64,000 nt of DNA from Candidatus Poribacteria bacterium (lineage in GTDB: Bacteria; Poribacteria; WGA-4E; WGA-3G), in assembly GCA_965202725.1 (NCBI GenBank), contig OZ241845.1, positions 1,834,621 through 1,898,620 on the forward strand, read 5' to 3'. The translations under genes were made by a program, and so were the position numbers. Positions 9,429 to 19,490 of the stretch are shown piece by piece. The notes beneath the pieces were generated by a model, which saw only the letters and a list, made by a program, of their open reading frames with translations, was not told where the DNA came from and made no database searches. Every line of letters begins with the position of its first letter. Position 1 is the stretch's first letter.

Positions 9429-11489
9429 ATGAAAAATTGCTTTGTACTGGTAGGTATCACCCTTGTGATACTTTTCCAATTGAATTGTTCTCCTGATGAG
9501 GAACAGACACACATTGAAAACCCCGTCACAGACGGACTCATAACTGGTTTAAACGCTGCTCCCCTCCTGGGTGATGTGGTTTTAGAAAATATGTATGAAG
9601 ATGAAGTCCGCACACTCACAGATAAAACCCCCCTTCAAATCGTTACAGTCCTTGAAGGCACAAGCAGAGTCGTGCTTCAGGCACGGTTCCGGGGCGTTCG
9701 GGATACCGGCCTCGGTTTTCCGCTCTATGAGTGCGAACTGATGGACGAAGCAGCTGAGGCAATGGGTGGCATCGCGCAAGGCATGTCCGGGAGTCCTGTT
9801 GGGCCGCCGGGACGTATTATGGGTGCGCTTGCCTATGGCGACAGTTTCGCGAAGACACCGATGCGGTTCTGGGTAACACCGATTGATGCAATGGAAGCCA
9901 CAATTGATCACCAAACCTTCGGTGAGGTACTTGCGCAAGCGGCTGTGCCTGCTGCCCCCGGTAGAGGCATTCATGCAACTCACACACCTCTTAAAATCCC
10001 TGTGATGCTTACAGGCATACAATCCCATAGGCTTCAGACGTTCTCCTCACATCTCAATGCTGACTCACGCTACAATTTTGTGGAATTCTTTGCAGGTATT
10101 GGGGCGGCACCCGCGGCGCCGCCTGCGGGTGCCGCACGGGGACTTGCAGCAGGGGATATGATTGGTGTGGCTTTAGTGACAGGCGATGTGTTTAACGCAT
10201 TTGGTTTCGGCACGGTGACCCAGGTTTATGACGATAAATTTGTAGCGTTTGGGCACGAGGCTTTGGGTGTTGGGCATTCTGCATTACCGGTATACAGAGC
10301 CATCACCAATGGTATTGTGCCGAGCTTCGCAAATTCCTACAAATCTGCCGCAGCTTATGGCAGTCCTATCGGAACAATCACAAAAGATCTCACACCGGGA
10401 ATTGTCGGTGAACTCGGTGCACCGCCGCCAATGATTCCAGTGGACATCTCCTACCATCCCGCGAACAGCAACACAGCGATAGAAAAACACCATCGCGTGG
10501 CTTATGGGCACGAGGCGTTAATTGCCACGGTTGCTGCGAGCACGATGGGAGCAATTCGAATGGAGAGTGGTCCCGGGACAGTAGAAGGCACTGTGACGCT
10601 CCACTTTCAAGAGACCGAAACTGTTTATACCGAGACGTTCCGGAGCGTATCCACATCTCCATCTGGAGATGTGTTAGGAAATGTTAGTTCAATTATTACG
10701 TCATTTACCGAAATGACTATAAACAACGCCGGTAAAGCGACACTGAAGGCAGTTTCTATCTCCATCACGGATAAACCGCAACTTGCGAGCGCAGACGTTG
10801 CAGAAGTTATCGCACCTGAGGAGATTATACCCGGCGAAAGTGTCACGGTCGGCATCACCTTATTGCCACATTGGAGTGCTGCTGGTGCTGAGCGGACAAT
10901 TCAGAGAAAAGTTACGCTTGAGATTCCCGAAGACTTCCCTGCCGGTGCAGCAACCATCAACGTCTCGGGCAGTGGACTCGATTTCTTTGGCGGTGGTCTC
11001 CCTAAAGACTCTAGCCTCCCGCCCAGTGGTATTCTCGATTTTAACTCATTCGGCGAGGAAGAAGAAAAACCAGTCCCCAAAACCCTCGATGAACTTATCA
11101 AACAACTAGAAAAGGCTCAGGTGGATCCAGGTTTAATTACGGTAACCCTGTCCCCCTCTGGCTTCGGTGATTTCCCCGGACTCCCGTTAGGTTTGGAACC
11201 GCCTGAAGGCTTGCTACCCCCAGAAGCGGGGGGAATGCAGGAAGGTGGTGAGGAAGATGGCACGGGGGATGACGACGGCGAAATGCCAGAAGATGGCAAT
11301 GCAGACTGGGATGGCGACATGGAACCGCCGGAACCTATTGAAGCGGAACTCATCATCGACGGCTTTGTTGTAACGGGTTCGAAAGATACAACCGTTATGA
11401 TAAAAGGCGAGGAAATGGTTGACGGTATGCTTCCGCCGATGCAAGATGAAGCCCCTATGGAACCTGCTGAACCCGTGGCAAAGGAGTAA
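9429..11489 (+). CDS. Putative lipoprotein / secreted protein with an acidic Gly/Pro/Glu/Asp-rich C-terminal tail
   Basis: 686 aa. N-terminal signal with 'LNCS' (possible lipobox), repeated 'YGHEAL' segments, and C-terminal low-complexity acidic tail 'EEDGTGDDDGEMPEDGNADWDGDMEPPEP'. Confidence 0.45.
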   Translation: MKNCFVLVGITLVILFQLNCSPDEEQTHIENPVTDGLITGLNAAPLLGDVVLENMYEDEVRTLTDKTPLQIVTVLEGTSRVVLQARFRGVRDTGLGFPLYECELMDEAAEAMGGIAQGMSGSPVGPPGRIMGALAYGDSFAKTPMRFWVTPIDAMEATIDHQTFGEVLAQAAVPAAPGRGIHATHTPLKIPVMLTGIQSHRLQTFSSHLNADSRYNFVEFFAGIGAAPAAPPAGAARGLAAGDMIGVALVTGDVFNAFGFGTVTQVYDDKFVAFGHEALGVGHSALPVYRAITNGIVPSFANSYKSAAAYGSPIGTITKDLTPGIVGELGAPPPMIPVDISYHPANSNTAIEKHHRVAYGHEALIATVAASTMGAIRMESGPGTVEGTVTLHFQETETVYTETFRSVSTSPSGDVLGNVSSIITSFTEMTINNAGKATLKAVSISITDKPQLASADVAEVIAPEEIIPGESVTVGITLLPHWSAAGAERTIQRKVTLEIPEDFPAGAATINVSGSGLDFFGGGLPKDSSLPPSGILDFNSFGEEEEKPVPKTLDELIKQLEKAQVDPGLITVTLSPSGFGDFPGLPLGLEPPEGLLPPEAGGMQEGGEEDGTGDDDGEMPEDGNADWDGDMEPPEPIEAELIIDGFVVTGSKDTTVMIKGEEMVDGMLPPMQDEAPMEPAEPVAKE

Positions 11490-11507
11490 TTTTGAATTCG
11501 GTTACAA

Positions 11508-11537
11508 GGGCAGGTCGTTGTACCTGCCCTTTTTTTA
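11508..11537 (+). terminator. Rho-independent terminator
   Basis: Hairpin 'gggcaggt cgtt gtacctgccc' followed by T7. Confidence 0.55.
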
Positions 11538-11559
11538 TGGAAGTTACCCGATGTGTCGT

Positions 11560-11665
11560 ATCATCAATTTTGCACAACCTAATAGGTTATGCTACATATC
11601 TCACAGGGCTATCCTTCACACAACCTAACAGGTTATGCTACACAGCTCACAGGGCTACTCTGAAT
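11560..11665. repeat. Copies of the dispersed hairpin repeat family (core CACAGCCTAACAGGCTATGCTAC)
   Basis: Two to three diverged copies ('cacaacctaataggttatgctac', 'cacaacctaacaggttatgctac'). Confidence 0.6.
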
Positions 11666-12757
11666 ATAGCACTTTACAATATCAATAATCAGGGCGATGT
11701 CGTTGCGAGCAGATTCCAGCGAAGTGTAGCACGTTTCAGCGCCTATGATACAGGCGTGGAAGTGCCGCAATTCCCGTACAAATGCGCTATCCCATTCAAC
11801 GGCTGGCGTTTTGCTATATGTTGTACCATCGGGGTCTATCCCGTGTATCGTTACCTCTGACAAAATACCGCGTGAAAAACCTGTCGGATAGGAGACAATC
11901 ACGCGTTTGTTATCCCCATAGATTTCCAATGTCTCTCTAAAGTCCCAGAGATCTGGTAGGTCTACCCATGTCGCGACACAGCGAGCACCGTTCGGATAGG
12001 CGAACACTATCGTCACCCCGCGTCCTTCGGCCCAGACCTCCACGCTAACGATCTCCCTCGGCGGCCCGAGCATCACCCTTAAGCTATAGATGTCGTGGAT
12101 CATACTGCCAGCGAGTAGATAGAACACTCGCTGCGCTTTGCTGTGGCGATCGCGATCAAGCCGGGTTTGGGATAACACGTCTCCAATGGCTTCCGCCTGT
12201 GCTTTTTCACGCGCCGCACCTGCAGGTTTTAACGCGTCAGGCGGTACGTCGTCAAACCGTTCAACATCAAATTGACTCAGGTGCAAACTATTATTCGGAT
12301 GAAGGTGATTAATCTGAACAAAGCGGTAGCTTTCCATTGTGTCTACCTCGCGCTTAGCAAGTTGGAAAGCAGGGTCATGCACCTTCATATAACCGGCTTG
12401 CGCGATCGTCCCGGCTTGACGTTGTGCGGTTAGCATAGCATCTATTTCCTGAAGCGAAAAACAGACAGGTTTTTCGATAAAGACATGCTTCCCGGCTTCA
12501 AACGCAGCGAGTGCGACCTCTGTTTTCGGATCGCCATGACAAAGTAAAACGGCATCTACATCGGTAGCGAGCAATTTGTTGAAATCTGTTACGTATTGCG
12601 GCACATGGAACCGTTTAGCAACTGCTCGCGCCGCACCGACAGAGAAGTCACAGACGATCTGAACCTCAAATTCCCGATGGAGTGTGTTGAGATTCGGGAG
12701 ATGATGTACCTGCGCAATCGCACCACACCCGATAACACCTATCCGTATACGACTCAT
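11633..12757 (-). CDS. Gfo/Idh/MocA-family NAD(P)-dependent oxidoreductase
   Basis: N-terminal Rossmann 'IRIGVIGCGAIAQVHHLP', and 'EKPV' at the end of the dinucleotide-binding domain. Start placed at 'MSRIRIG'. Confidence 0.8.
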   Translation of the reverse strand: MSRIRIGVIGCGAIAQVHHLPNLNTLHREFEVQIVCDFSVGAARAVAKRFHVPQYVTDFNKLLATDVDAVLLCHGDPKTEVALAAFEAGKHVFIEKPVCFSLQEIDAMLTAQRQAGTIAQAGYMKVHDPAFQLAKREVDTMESYRFVQINHLHPNNSLHLSQFDVERFDDVPPDALKPAGAAREKAQAEAIGDVLSQTRLDRDRHSKAQRVFYLLAGSMIHDIYSLRVMLGPPREIVSVEVWAEGRGVTIVFAYPNGARCVATWVDLPDLWDFRETLEIYGDNKRVIVSYPTGFSRGILSEVTIHGIDPDGTTYSKTPAVEWDSAFVRELRHFHACIIGAETCYTSLESARNDIALIIDIVKCYIQSSPVSCVA

Positions 12758-12872
12758 AGTTTTTACAGCCTCCAATTAATAACGCGTTTTAGTGCGTTTA
12801 TGGTATCACGGACAAGCAATAGAAGCAAATTATAGTTGTTAGTTGTTGGTAGATCGCCAGAATTCAGGTGCT

Positions 12873-13095
12873 TGTACCATAGCCTGTCAGGCTGTGTCTT
12901 TTTGTAGCCTGTTTTCCTGTTAGACTGTGGTATTGTAGCATAGCCTGTTAGGCTGTGTCTTTTCCCTATACCATAGCTTGTTAGGCTGTATGTTTTTGTA
13001 GCGTGGTTTCCTGTTAGGCTGTGGTATGTACCATAGCCTGTTAGGCTGTGTCTGTGTCTTTTCCCTGTAGCATAGTTTCCTGTTAGGCTGTCGGT
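12873..13095. repeat. Tandem cluster of the dispersed hairpin repeat (GTAGCATAGCCTGTTAGGCTGTG orientation)
   Basis: At least seven copies separated by short variable linkers. The overlapping ORFs are repeat translations. Confidence 0.7.
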
Positions 13096-13244
13096 CTGAT
13101 GAATTGCAGCGGTTGTCAACTCTAAAAAAAAGGCGCGCCCCATAGATCGCTCCTACAAGAAAATTTGGGGACGAGAATTTGACAAGAAATCCGAAAACCT
13201 GCATAATAGAACAGCAAAACCAGAAATAAGGTGGAACTATAGCT

Positions 13245-14849
13245 ATGGACATAGCAGTTATTCCGTGGGAAATGGTGCTTTTGTGCGGTTTGTCGCTGTG
13301 TGTCGGATGGGGCATACGCGGCAACTTCGGACATGAATACGGTGCGGCGCTTCCGGGGGCGATCGCCGCAATGGCAATCGTTTTGCTCTCAGGACGGGAG
13401 GATTGGTGGCGGCATATCCATTACTTTGCGCTGTTCGGTGCGATGGGTTGGTCTTTCGGTGGAAGTATGTCGTACATGATGGTCGTCGGGTATACCCACT
13501 CTTCACACGCACCGACTGTCTTATACGGCTTCGCGAACCTGTTCGCGATCGGCTTCTTATGGGGAGCCCTGGGTGGCGCGGGAACTGCGCTGCCAGCGTT
13601 TTTGACGCATACCCAGCTGTCCCTGTTTTTTGTGCCGATCGCCGCGGTGTTTATCGGCTGGTCGCTTCAGGCAGTAATTATCGATCGGGTTCTCACACCA
13701 AGACGCATGCAGCGGCACGAAAGTCCACTCTATTGGTATGACACGGATTGGGTGTCTGCCCTGGTAGCCATAGGCGCTGCACTTATTGTCGCGCTCTTCC
13801 GTGGCGGTTTGGACATGGGCACGCACCTCGTCTTGTATCTAAGTATCTGTTGGTTCGGGGGGTTTTTGTTGCTGGTAAACGTTTGTCGCCTCCGTATGAC
13901 CCCACCGCGTGGGGACAACTGGGCAGGTTGTGTCGGCATGGTCATCGGAATCCTGGGATACTGCTCGCGTTACGAACTCAGCGGGGTTGCTTTCGCCACA
14001 CTGATGACAGGTTTCGCAGGGGGCATTGCTTTCTCCTTCGGACAACTCCTAAAACTCATCTATCTCCGGACGGGGCTTCAAACCAACTGGCATAGCGTCA
14101 TGGAACAAACACAAGGCTTCCTCTTTGGCATCGGGATTGCCGTGACGTTCGGCTTGCTGCTGAACCGAGCCCCCACCTTAGCGGTTGACCCGAATTTCCC
14201 ACAATGGATGGAGATATTCACCGTATTTTGTGTTCTCGTCGCCTTGACATATCTCAATTATCGGAAAGCAGCAGGGACGTGGGTGGAACAGGTTAAAGAC
14301 TTACCCGAACGGTTGTTCGGATTGCCTGTCGTTGGCTGGTTTCGGTATTCACGAGGGTGGGTTGGGTGGTTTGAACTGTTCTATATCGGTCTCGGCATTG
14401 CCTGCGTCTGGCTTCTGACTGTCCATTTCCGAGAGCAACTCGCCTTTATCCCGACGAGTTGGTTGGGAAAAGGGCAGCTCCTCTATCTTGTCCTTCTATG
14501 GTGGATGGTTATCTTCAATTTTGAACGCGCTTTAGTTGGTTTCAGTCCACATCGCTTGGTAACAGAAGGGGTGATTACTCTCAACGCGATCATCTGTACC
14601 GTCCTGATAGCCCTCGGGCCACAGCTAGTGCCGGAGCAGACTGGAAGTGTCTTTTCGTTCACTGATTGGACGGTGAAGGTATCCCTCTGGGGGATGGTTG
14701 CATGGATAGGGACGACGGCTGTTTTCTGGGCTATCAAGCACGCGCTTTATGGGCACAGGCACGCGCCGGGTGCCTCGCTTCATATCCGTTTTGGCCAGGA
14801 TTCTAATGCCCCGAAAAAGAAACCGAAGGTGGGCGCGCCACATCCGTAA
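13245..14849 (+). CDS. Polytopic integral membrane protein, function unknown
   Basis: 534 aa with many hydrophobic helices. No catalytic motifs recognised. Confidence 0.45.
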   Translation: MDIAVIPWEMVLLCGLSLCVGWGIRGNFGHEYGAALPGAIAAMAIVLLSGREDWWRHIHYFALFGAMGWSFGGSMSYMMVVGYTHSSHAPTVLYGFANLFAIGFLWGALGGAGTALPAFLTHTQLSLFFVPIAAVFIGWSLQAVIIDRVLTPRRMQRHESPLYWYDTDWVSALVAIGAALIVALFRGGLDMGTHLVLYLSICWFGGFLLLVNVCRLRMTPPRGDNWAGCVGMVIGILGYCSRYELSGVAFATLMTGFAGGIAFSFGQLLKLIYLRTGLQTNWHSVMEQTQGFLFGIGIAVTFGLLLNRAPTLAVDPNFPQWMEIFTVFCVLVALTYLNYRKAAGTWVEQVKDLPERLFGLPVVGWFRYSRGWVGWFELFYIGLGIACVWLLTVHFREQLAFIPTSWLGKGQLLYLVLLWWMVIFNFERALVGFSPHRLVTEGVITLNAIICTVLIALGPQLVPEQTGSVFSFTDWTVKVSLWGMVAWIGTTAVFWAIKHALYGHRHAPGASLHIRFGQDSNAPKKKPKVGAPHP

Positions 14850-15133
14850 TTTTGACAAATAGAGGTTTTTCGTAGCAGTAATGCTATGCTGCTGGGCAAC
14901 TGAAAACTGAGACAAGTGTAGAGACCCCTTATGCGTGCCTCAAAAATCGGGTGAAAACACTATTTGACCGAACCCTCAACGAAATAGATTATACGACACA
15001 AGCCGCACAACCTAATAGGTTATCCTACGAAAAAACTTTTCATAGCACTAACGCTATGCTGCTATGCAACTGATAACTGAGGCAACGTCTTGAAAATTTA
15101 GCAGAAAGGTAAACTTTGAAACATAGAGGGCTG

Positions 15134-16642
15134 TTAGTGCGTGCTTTCACGATTTGTAATCGGACACCAGCGTGCCATGAGCAGGTAGTCAAAGAGTACC
15201 GATTCCGCTTCGGGTGTACCAATCCGTTTGAGCGCAAGAATGGCATTGTCTCGAACATAGCGATTTTCATCATTCAAGGCGTTTGCCAGTACAGGAATGG
15301 CATCGTATGCGGCGGGGCCGATCTGTGCCAATGCCACTGCGGCTTCAAACCGTGCTTGTCCGTCAGCATCCCTCGCCAGCATATCGCATAGGGCCGGGAC
15401 AACAGGTGCCGCAATCGCGCCTAATCCGCCGAAGGCTTCGGGGAGGTAGCGCCGGACTTCAACGGCACTGTCCTTCGTCCGTTCCATTAACACTGAAATA
15501 GCGGATTCTGCCGCGCTGCCTATCTGAGCAAACGCATAAGCGGCTTCAGTGCGGACAACATCTTCGGTGTGTTGTAACGCTTCACTCAAAGCAGGGACAG
15601 CAGGCGCGCCCACTGCAGCTAAGGCGTACGCTGCCATCCGGCGCGTAGGTCCGTTTTCGTCAGCAAGCGTCTCAATCAACTGCGGAACCGCGGATTCACC
15701 GATAGCTCCGAGGGCATACGCCGCATTTAAGCGGACAGGCTCATAAGCATCCCGCAAGGCTCGGATAAGGGCGGGGATCGCTTCCGCAGCCGATTCCCCT
15801 AACGTCCCCAATTCATCAGCAGCATAGGAACGAACAGATGCGTCAGCATCGGCTAACGTTTCAATAGACTGGGAAAGGTTTCCGTTGGTGGGCTGCGTCG
15901 AATTTCCGTCGGACGCGCCTGTCATCCAATGCCAGATGTGTCGCCATGTATTTTGATGTGCCGGGGTTGCTGGATCGATGTCCGCCAGTTTCCAATGTGG
16001 GTCCGTTACGTTCCACTCCGGCTCCTGCGGTGCGTCCATCCGAACGAACTGGAACTTCATCATATAGCGCGTTTTGTCAGTCAAGTTTGCCATTGCCCGA
16101 TGCCAGAGATCGAAGTGAATAATTGTCACCGTCCCGGCTGCACCACTGAGCGCCAATTCGCCATCGTTATCTTCGGTGATTCGGGTGCTATAGTACTGCG
16201 TTCCGGGTAAGACGGCTGAGGTGCCCATGTCGACTGGCGAATCTTGGGGATAGTAGAACGCCATTGCCCAGCAGGGGCAGTGGTGACGGACCTTCTGATA
16301 GCCCCAGTAACTATCCTTGTGAAATCCCTGTCCATCGCTATGTGGATTGTTGCGATGCGGATGTCGATGGGAATGCATGGCGTAATTCTCACCCAAAATA
16401 CTTGTGAATGCGCCGCGTACTGCTGGATCCTCAAAAACGGCTTGCAGCTCGGGGACGCGTGGTAAGATATTATTGCCTAAATTCCCCTCTTTTTCTGTGT
16501 ATTCCTGCGTTTTGCGATAGATAGTCTCATGAAAACTCCGCGGCAGATCGGTTTGGAGGGTGAGATGCCCATTCACGATAAATTCCCGCATCTGCGCATC
16601 GGTCAGTTTACTGTGCGCGTTCACAAGTGGATTGGCTTGCAT
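15134..16642 (-). CDS. PhyH-family Fe(II)/2-oxoglutarate dioxygenase-like domain fused to C-terminal HEAT (PBS-lyase-type) repeats
   Basis: The N-terminal half has His-rich segments 'HSHRHPH...HKDSYWG'. The C-terminal half has repeated 'VRxxAAxALGxIG' HEAT-like units. Confidence 0.5.
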   Translation of the reverse strand: MQANPLVNAHSKLTDAQMREFIVNGHLTLQTDLPRSFHETIYRKTQEYTEKEGNLGNNILPRVPELQAVFEDPAVRGAFTSILGENYAMHSHRHPHRNNPHSDGQGFHKDSYWGYQKVRHHCPCWAMAFYYPQDSPVDMGTSAVLPGTQYYSTRITEDNDGELALSGAAGTVTIIHFDLWHRAMANLTDKTRYMMKFQFVRMDAPQEPEWNVTDPHWKLADIDPATPAHQNTWRHIWHWMTGASDGNSTQPTNGNLSQSIETLADADASVRSYAADELGTLGESAAEAIPALIRALRDAYEPVRLNAAYALGAIGESAVPQLIETLADENGPTRRMAAYALAAVGAPAVPALSEALQHTEDVVRTEAAYAFAQIGSAAESAISVLMERTKDSAVEVRRYLPEAFGGLGAIAAPVVPALCDMLARDADGQARFEAAVALAQIGPAAYDAIPVLANALNDENRYVRDNAILALKRIGTPEAESVLFDYLLMARWCPITNRESTH

Positions 16643-16716
16643 GGTTAAAGCTCCGTTTGTTGTTAGCCCTGTGATTAGGGGTGCGTGTCTGTGTGAAAAC
16701 GGACCGGAATATGGTT

Positions 16717-18453
16717 TTAACTCTCGGAAACGGGCGGTGTACCCTCCGGCACCGTGCGGAACAGCTTATAACCGTTAGCCCGTACCTCGGCGACGAACTG
16801 TTCTATCTGATCATGAGGGATGAGATATTCTGTCAACACCCGTGTGAAAATTGCGACGGATGTTTCGAACTCCTCTGGAATCACTTCGTTCGCCCCCACA
16901 CGATATAGTGGTTCCACTTCAGTGAGATGGCGCGTTCGGGCGATAATGTGCGCTGTTGGATTCAAGGCATGCGCGGTTGCCACGATTCGACGCGAGGCAG
17001 CGTCCTCAGAAATTACGACCACCACAACTCGCGCCGCTCTGATGTTCGCATGGTGAAGGACGGCATCGTGCATAGCATCCCCGTAGAAAATCGGCTCACC
17101 CTTCGCGCGTTCCGTGCGGACAATTTCGGGATTCATTTCGACGATGACATACGGGATGTCTGCCGCCCGCGAGGCTTTCGCGACGTTTCGACCGTTGACC
17201 CCGAAACCAACGATGATGACATGGTTCGTCTGCGCGGCACTTTGCGTTGCAGCGATGGATTTTAATCCTGACACCAGGCGTCTTGGCAGCGGCAATCGTA
17301 GGATCCCACCGGCGACATGAGGTGCCGCCGAGATGATAAACGGCGTTACTGCCATCGTTACAACCGAAACCGCGAGAAACAGCTTGTAATTGGCATCACT
17401 GAGCAAGCCGTGTTCAATACCCGATTGCGCGAGGATCATCGCAAATTCCCCTACCTGACTGAGCGTGAGCCCCGCCAGAATCGCCGTGCGTAATGGGTAT
17501 CCGAGCAGCGAGGTCACCCCGCCTGCAATGATACTCTTTGCAACGAGAACCCCGATTGTCAGCCCTGCAATCAATAACGGCTTTTGAAAAAGGATGTGAA
17601 AATCGAGTAACATCCCGACCGACACAAAGAAGAAGCTGGTGAACACATCCCGAAACGGTGAGATGTGACCGAGTGCATCGTGGCTTGATTCCGATTCGGA
17701 GACGATTAGCCCCGCAAGGAAGGCACCCAGTGCCAAAGACACGCCGAAACGCGACATCAGCCAGACGACGGCGAGGCAGATTGTGAGAACACTCAACAAG
17801 AAAATCTCTCGGCTACGCGTCCGCAGCACTTGCGATAGAATGCGAGGCACGATGTATTTTGCACCAACAAACACCACGGCAATCATCGCAGCTCCTTTTA
17901 CCAAGAGTAAAAGGAGCGCCCTGCCCATGTCTCCGGCGTGTCCAGCGAGGATGGGCGTGATCAGGATCATCGGGACGATGGCAATATCCTGGAAAATCAG
18001 GATTGCCAATGCTGTGCCTCCATGCGGCGTTCGTGTTTCATCGCGCTCTTGTAGCAACTTCATCACGATCGCCGTGCTGCTGACGGCAGCCAGGCAACCG
18101 ATAAAAAGCGATTCGTTGATCGCCTGTCCGAAGCGCCAAGCCAGGGCAAACGCCGCGAGCAACGTCAATCCGAGCTGTAAGGATCCCCCTAGCAACACCG
18201 CGCGCTTAAGCTGAAGTAGGTTTTTCAGCGAAAATTCGATGCCGATGGTGAACAGCAGTAAAATGACACCAATCTCGGCTAGGATTTCGACTTCGTGGTC
18301 CGCCTGAATGAGTGCCAATCCGTGAGGCCCTGCAACCAAGCCTGTGACGAGGAAGCCAACAATAGAGGGAACCCGCAATCTATGACAGATGAGTAGAACG
18401 GCAATCGATAAACCGAATATGATGCAGATATCATAAAGTAAAGGAATTTCCAT
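16717..18453 (-). CDS. CPA2-family monovalent cation/H+ antiporter (Kef-type) with C-terminal RCK/TrkA-N domain
   Basis: Twelve-helix membrane domain, then 'HVIIVGFGVNGRNVAKA' Rossmann-type RCK motif. Confidence 0.85.
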   Translation of the reverse strand: MEIPLLYDICIIFGLSIAVLLICHRLRVPSIVGFLVTGLVAGPHGLALIQADHEVEILAEIGVILLLFTIGIEFSLKNLLQLKRAVLLGGSLQLGLTLLAAFALAWRFGQAINESLFIGCLAAVSSTAIVMKLLQERDETRTPHGGTALAILIFQDIAIVPMILITPILAGHAGDMGRALLLLLVKGAAMIAVVFVGAKYIVPRILSQVLRTRSREIFLLSVLTICLAVVWLMSRFGVSLALGAFLAGLIVSESESSHDALGHISPFRDVFTSFFFVSVGMLLDFHILFQKPLLIAGLTIGVLVAKSIIAGGVTSLLGYPLRTAILAGLTLSQVGEFAMILAQSGIEHGLLSDANYKLFLAVSVVTMAVTPFIISAAPHVAGGILRLPLPRRLVSGLKSIAATQSAAQTNHVIIVGFGVNGRNVAKASRAADIPYVIVEMNPEIVRTERAKGEPIFYGDAMHDAVLHHANIRAARVVVVVISEDAASRRIVATAHALNPTAHIIARTRHLTEVEPLYRVGANEVIPEEFETSVAIFTRVLTEYLIPHDQIEQFVAEVRANGYKLFRTVPEGTPPVSES

Positions 18454-18541
18454 GACTCATTCCAAATTGTGATGCGTTGGGAATCTTAAGCAAAGCCTAT
18501 CCTAAGCGACTGCGAGCTCCCCCACCGCCTCGCCAATCTGG

Positions 18542-18872
18542 GTTTCACTTCCCTTCGAGCGGGAAAAGTTATTCAAAGCAGAAAGTGAAAAAGTGTTCTA
18601 AAAGCTGTATAGTTGCAAGTTAGGAGCTCTCCTCCATACCCGCAACAACTTGCAAACTTTAGACACTTCCAAACTTTCCAAGTTTCACTTCCCTTCGAGC
18701 GGGAAAGCCTTTCAAAGACGCACGTATCGGGTGTATTGATGAGTGTCGCAACTTTAGTGTTTTAATTCCCTTCGAACGGGAACGTCTATCCAAAGTCAAA
18801 AGCGTGTCGTTTAGCCCGGATGGAATATCAGCTGTGTTTTAATTCCCTTCGAACGGGAACGTCTATCCAAAG
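18542..18872 (-). CRISPR. CRISPR array 2: short degenerate array, 4 repeat copies, variant repeat sequence
   Basis: Repeats at 18836-18872 and 18759-18795 (gttttaattcccttcgaacgggaacgtctatccaaag), 18682-18717 (gtttcacttcccttcgagcgggaaagcctttcaaag) and 18542-18578. A 105-bp insert between the last two repeats carries the same 70-bp trailer element found after array 1. Confidence 0.7.
18612..18680. repeat. 70-bp array-trailer element with internal inverted repeat (copy inside array 2)
   Basis: 'agttgcaagttaggag...caacaacttgcaaactttagacacttccaaactttcc', near-identical to 19421-19490. Confidence 0.6.
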
Positions 18873-19040
18873 TCAATTAATTATACATTTTTCTATATAC
18901 AATTTGCAAGCCTGAAGTACTCACAACGGCTAACCGCCTTTCCAAACAAACCAACAACGTCCGAGATGCCTGATGAACGGGCTGACACTTTATCACAGGT
19001 TGATAAAGACAGCATTGTCCCCCACTGTTTGGATACTTTA

Positions 19041-19069
19041 ATGATACGACAATTTTTTGCATAAGTCAA
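19041..19069 (-). promoter_or_regulatory. Leader promoter for array 2 (A-tract, TTGACT-N17-TATCAT, minus strand)
   Basis: The minus strand reads aaaaaaaCTTGACT tatgcaaaaaattgtcg TATCAT. The same module is present at three other sites in the island. Confidence 0.5.
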
Positions 19070-19124
19070 GTTTTTTTCACGCTAACCGCGAACCTTAGAA
19101 ATAGTTAGGGCTTACGCGGGCTGC

Positions 19125-19250
19125 TCTGTTGTAGCATAACCTGTTAGGTTGTGTGGATAGGCTGCTTGTGTTTTTTCACACATCACCACATCCTATTCAT
19201 AGTTAGCCTCATGCGGGCTGCTCTGTCGTAGCATAACTTGTTAGGGTGTG
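19125..19250. repeat. Two diverged copies of the dispersed hairpin repeat between the arrays
   Basis: 'gtagcataacctgttaggttgtg' and 'gtagcataacttgttagggtgtg', each preceded by 'ttagggcttacgcgggctgctctgtt'. Confidence 0.55.
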
Positions 19251-19420
19251 CCTACAGAATGCAGGTGCGCTTTCACAAGATTTTGACGAAAGCCAAGACA
19301 ATCAGCCCGCCGCTTAACGTTAGGTTTCCGGACTTCACTGTTTTTAAAATCCACGACGGGGGCATCTGGGGCAATTTCCTATATTTATACCCCCGAATCA
19401 CCATATAGATACCAAAGTTG

Positions 19421-19490
19421 CAAGTTGGGAGATATCCTACATACCCACAACAACTTGCAAACTTTAGACACTTCAAAACTTTCCACACGC
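19421..19490. repeat. 70-bp array-trailer element (copy directly after the last repeat of array 1)
   Basis: Near-identical to 18612-18680. Inverted repeat agttgcaagtt / aacttgcaaact. Confidence 0.6.
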
